Translations under genes and position numbers: made by a program
Assembly (NCBI GenBank): GCA_001871015.1
Contig: MNUO01000046.1
Location: forward strand, 1 to 53,917
Source of the DNA: Candidatus Desantisbacteria bacterium CG1_02_38_46
GTDB taxonomy: Bacteria > Desantisbacteria > UBA1551 > UBA1559
DNA: 53,917 bases
Direction: 5' to 3'
Notes under the pieces: model-generated
Databases searched by the model: none
What the model was told of the DNA's origin: nothing
Seen by the model: the letters and a program-made list of their open reading frames with translations, nothing else
Shown: positions 51,185-53,917 of the stretch, piece by piece
Position numbering within the stretch: position 1 is the stretch's first letter
Layout: every line of letters begins with the position of its first letter

Positions 51185-51325
51185 TTATGCTACCAATCCA
51201 TTTTCTTTCATTCTCAAAAATCTTTCTCTGTCTCTCATACTCTGAGCTGGATGCTTTCTGGATTTTTTATTTGGTCTTGTCCTGGCAAAAAATCTTGCAT
51301 GATGTTTTCTGATTTTGTGTGCCAT
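51185..51325 (-). CDS. Small highly basic hypothetical protein (46 aa; below ORF-track cutoff)
   Basis: Manual translation gives MAHKIRKHHARFFARTRPNKKSRKHPAQSMRDRERFLRMKENGLVA. GAGGAG lies 7 nt upstream of the ATG. Confidence 0.45.
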   Translation of the reverse strand: MAHKIRKHHARFFARTRPNKKSRKHPAQSMRDRERFLRMKENGLVA

Positions 51326-51393
51326 CAATATTCTCCTCAAGAAAATCGCTTTCAGCGATAACTTTAATTAATATGATTTATGTGATTTTCTTG

Positions 51394-51429
51394 CCCCCCC
51401 GTTTTGCTTCGCAAAGCGAAGCAGGGGGG
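51394..51429 (-). repeat. G/C-clamped hairpin related to the rRNA expansion hairpins
   Basis: CCCCCCCGTTTTGCTTCGCAAAGCGAAGCAGGGGGG lies between the two small ORFs. Confidence 0.8.
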
Positions 51430-51444
51430 AGCTAATCCTCTAAT

Positions 51445-51618
51445 TTACGCCTCCTCATCCTCAATGTTCTTCTCGACAAACTTCTTGATATCTTCGATAT
51501 GCTCTAAAATCAGACGGGCTTTTTTCAAGCCGAATTGAAATGGATATTTATCCTCTTCGCTGTTTTTGAGAACAATTATCGGTCTGCCCTGATACTCTGT
51601 TTCTGATACTACTCCCAT
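51445..51618 (-). CDS. Small acidic hypothetical protein (57 aa; below ORF-track cutoff)
   Basis: Manual translation gives MGVVSETEYQGRPIIVLKNSEEDKYPFQFGLKKARLILEHIEDIKKFVEKNIEDEEA. GGAGGA lies 5 nt upstream of the ATG. Confidence 0.5.
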   Translation of the reverse strand: MGVVSETEYQGRPIIVLKNSEEDKYPFQFGLKKARLILEHIEDIKKFVEKNIEDEEA

Positions 51619-51633
51619 TTCATCCTCCCCTCT

Positions 51634-51697
51634 CTATTTTGATAATAAGTAAAGTTATATAAATCACCTTTGATAACATTTCAGATTATCAAAATAG
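51634..51697. promoter_or_regulatory. Perfect 13-bp inverted repeat (operator-like) upstream of the 57-aa ORF
   Basis: CTATTTTGATAAT (51634-51646) pairs with ATTATCAAAATAG (51685-51697). A third half-site, TTTGATAAC, is at 51670-51678. Confidence 0.5.
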
Positions 51698-51727
51698 GTG
51701 AATGGTTACGCCCATGCTTTTCCCCTT

Positions 51728-52909
51728 TCAAATAAAGAACCCGAATTCTATATTTTTCTTGCCCGCTAAATCAGAGGGATAATTTTTTGAAATGACTTTA
51801 AACTTTTTCAATCTTATCTCTTTACTTATTTTTTCTAATTTTCTAAGGTCATTTTTTGTTGGATTTATTTTAACTTCAATGCCTATTTCCTTATTTAATA
51901 TAAAATCTATCTCTACCCCGCTTTTTCTTTGATAATAATTCACTTCCCCTCTTATTTCTAAATTTTGAAAAACATTGTTTTCAAATAGGCTTCCTTCATT
52001 TATTTTTGAGAAATGGTTTGCCAGCCCAGAATCGCACATATATATCTTGGGCATCTTTCTTATCTCCGTGTCTACATTTCTGGAAAAAGGTTTCACGAGT
52101 CTGATGAAATAAGTTCCTTCTAAAAAAGAAATATATTCTTTAAGTGTAATTCTTGAAATCCCTAACTCAGACGAAATTCTGTTTATATCTAACTTTGAAC
52201 CCACCCTTTCCATCAAAAGTAATATTAAATCACGAATAATTTCATTCTTCCTGAAATCTCCTACTCTTAAGACCCCTAACTGGAAATAGGAAGTGAAGAT
52301 GTCTTCTAAAGATTTTTTCTTTTCTTCAAAACTTGTTTTTAACACAACCTCAGGAAAACCACCAAGGCGAATGTATTCATCATGTAGAGGAGATATTGTA
52401 TCAAAAACTGGTTTTGTAATTGCACTTGCTCTATCCGGCAATTTGAGCTTACTACCTTTGAACAGTAAAAATTCCTCAAAATCCAATGGGAAAAGCTCAT
52501 ATATATATTTTCTTCCGACAAGTGATTCTGTAAATAAATTTTTTAAGTAGAAACTTGCAGAACCAGTGAGGAAACCCTTTATTTTATAATGGTCAATCAG
52601 ATATTTCACTACCTGTGGAAGATTTCTTACAAGTTGAATCTCATCTAAGAAAATGTATGCTTTTTTTGTAAAATCTAAACCCAGAAACTCAAGGGTTGAT
52701 TTTATCTTCTCAAAATTTGTTTCTTCAAAATATTTTTGATTCAGTGGATTTTCTAAATCCAGAAAAATTTTATTGGATGAAGGAATTTTTTCATAAATAA
52801 AGCGAATCAGCGATGTCTTACCGGTTCTCCTCATGCCGGTTATAATTATTGCTTCCTTTGAATTTATATAAGACTCAATTTGCCTGAAAATCTTTCTTTC
52901 TATAAACAT
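51728..52909 (-). CDS. AAA_14/DUF4143-type ATPase (paralog 2), [21 protein letters not shown]RNA
   Basis: Walker A is ITGMRRTGKTSL and Walker B is YIFLDEIQ. The C-terminal region is VEIDFIL...GIEVK. ATG 52907-52909 lies 6 nt after the -10 box. Confidence 0.75.
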   Translation of the reverse strand: MFIERKIFRQIESYINSKEAIIITGMRRTGKTSLIRFIYEKIPSSNKIFLDLENPLNQKYFEETNFEKIKSTLEFLGLDFTKKAYIFLDEIQLVRNLPQVVKYLIDHYKIKGFLTGSASFYLKNLFTESLVGRKYIYELFPLDFEEFLLFKGSKLKLPDRASAITKPVFDTISPLHDEYIRLGGFPEVVLKTSFEEKKKSLEDIFTSYFQLGVLRVGDFRKNEIIRDLILLLMERVGSKLDINRISSELGISRITLKEYISFLEGTYFIRLVKPFSRNVDTEIRKMPKIYMCDSGLANHFSKINEGSLFENNVFQNLEIRGEVNYYQRKSGVEIDFILNKEIGIEVKINPTKNDLRKLEKISKEIRLKKFKVISKNYPSDLAGKKNIEFGFFI

Positions 52910-52915
52910 ATTAAT

Positions 52916-52944
52916 ATTATACAAAAAGTTTAACTATTTGTCAA
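52916..52944 (-). promoter_or_regulatory. Consensus promoter with extended -10 for the ATPase gene
   Basis: TTGACA (52939-52944), a 17-nt spacer ending in TG, then TATAAT (52916-52921). Confidence 0.65.
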
Positions 52945-53011
52945 GTAAAAAATTGATATAGGGTGGCTCCCGATTTTGGACAACTCTCAAACTTTATAAT
53001 AATCAGGTAAT

Positions 53012-53719
53012 TTAAAGGTTCTCTTGCCACTCCTTCTCAAAACTATCAAAATCCTTAATAGGTGCTACAAATTTTGAATCTCTTATAAGTTCAAACCTCT
53101 TTTTGGCACTTCTTATCTTAATTTTTTCTTCGGGTTTCAATTCATAAATATTATTAGTTCCTTTGGTTTCAACTACAAAGTAAATTTTTTCGGAAGCTAC
53201 ACCATTCTGAACTTTTTCTATTACAATCGCCCAGTCAGGTGTGTAATTACCTGCTGGTGTTTCTATTGAATACCAGTCAGGCAGTTTTATAAATAATTTT
53301 ATGCGGGAGTCTTTATCAAGTGCTTTAGCAAACTCTTCTTCTATATTTGATTCTTTAATTATTCCATCATAAATTGATTTTTGTACTTTCAACACATACT
53401 TGCCATAACTTGCCACTTCCTCCCTTAAAAGACCAACATCATAACCCTCTCCAAGATTAATATATTTAATACCCTCAACCTCAAATGTTCTTTTACACTC
53501 TTTAATAATTTCTATGACCATATCTTTATATTTTTGAGGATTTAAAAACAAAAGATTAAGATTTTTAGACCCTTCTAATATTTTGAATATTGTCCTTTTA
53601 GTTAAACTGGTTTCTCTTTCAATAAATATTATAAGATTAAGAACTCTGGTTATCTCTGTTTTTTCCGATGCCTCTCTAATAAATTTTTCCTCGATGTCTT
53701 CGAATTTGATTTTTGGAAA
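53012..53719 (-). pseudogene. 3' fragment of a type III restriction enzyme Res subunit (C-terminal PD-(D/E)xK nuclease region), 5'-truncated
   Basis: The open frame runs from 53719 with no plausible start. It contains ETSLTKRTIFKIL ... NPQKY ... NYTPDWAIVIE ... IYFVVETKG ... EEKIKIRSAKKRF. An IS21-like end lies immediately upstream. Confidence 0.5.
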
Positions 53720-53917
53720 TTATAAAGGAAATTTCACCCTTTTCTGTTAATTGAATTTTCACCCCTCTCCCTTTACTTCTCCTTTAGATTATACACCTTT
53801 TTGCCTTTTTGTCAATTTTCTTCTTTTGATTCCTGCTTTTTTTCTTTCTTCTTTTCCTCCTTTCCCAGCCTGCTTTGAAGCCTGTAGCTTTTCCCTGTGA
53901 TGTTAATAATGATAGAA
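53706..53917 (-). mobile_element. Terminus of an IS21-family element (continues beyond window)
   Basis: The istB-like 3' end is followed by subterminal direct repeats GAAATTTCACCC (53719-53730) and GAATTTTCACCC (53753-53764), as expected for multi-repeat IS21 ends. Confidence 0.45.
53812..53917 (-). CDS. IstB-like ATPase, C-terminal 34 codons (partial)
   Basis: SIIINITGKSYRLQSRLGKEEKKKEKKQESKEEN followed by a stop. The NITGKSYRL motif resembles the conserved IstB C-terminus (G-[ED]-S-[YW]-R). Confidence 0.45.
   Translation of the reverse strand, partial: SIIINITGKSYRLQSRLGKEEKKKEKKQESKEEN

Overview
Bacterial, AT-rich window in which every supportable gene lies on the minus strand. No plus-strand ORF looks real. 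All homology calls come from motif recognition by eye; no search was run.

Content in transcription order (right to left):
- 53.9-51.1 kb: accessory patch. It holds the 3' end of an IS21-type istB, a type III restriction Res fragment [19 protein letters not shown] by that IS, an AAA_14/DUF4143-type ATPase on a leaderless-looking mRNA, and two sub-60-aa ORFs missing from the ORF track.
- 51.1-41.3 kb: seven-gene sugar or amino-sugar locus. Order is ROK regulator, Gfo/Idh/MocA, DegT aminotransferase, ceramidase-like, Gfo/Idh/MocA, ceramidase-like, GH20-like.
- 41.3-36.3 kb: second AAA_14/DUF4143 ATPase, an IS630-family element split at a 9-nt homopolymer, a lipoate-ligase-family gene and purA.
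- 36.3-35.2 kb: a RelE/RHH toxin-antitoxin pair embedded among tRNAs.
- 35.1-3.7 kb: an uninterrupted translation/transcription supercluster. Order is rpmG, tRNA-Trp, secE, nusG, rplKAJL, a fused rpoB-rpoC ORF, rpsL, rpsG, fusA, tuf, then the S10, spc and alpha operons and a DegT gene.
- 3.7 kb to 1: rRNA operon (16S, tRNA-Ile, tRNA-Ala, a protein ORF, boxA-like motif, 23S 5' part).

Most unusual observations:
1. uL23 carries an in-frame N-terminal transmembrane-like extension.
2. rpoB and rpoC are fused into one 2534-codon ORF.
3. A protein gene resembling the C-terminal half of archaeal-type 3-dehydroquinate synthase II sits in the 16S-23S spacer.
4. Several families of small palindromic or tandem repeats colonise intergenic gaps of the normally compact ribosomal operons. 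One is a 203-bp composite bounded by perfect 17-bp inverted repeats.
5. adk has no canonical start codon.
6. EF-Tu has a Cys4 insertion.

I did not find a CRISPR array or a complete recognisable defence system. The accessory loci are reported as hypotheses.
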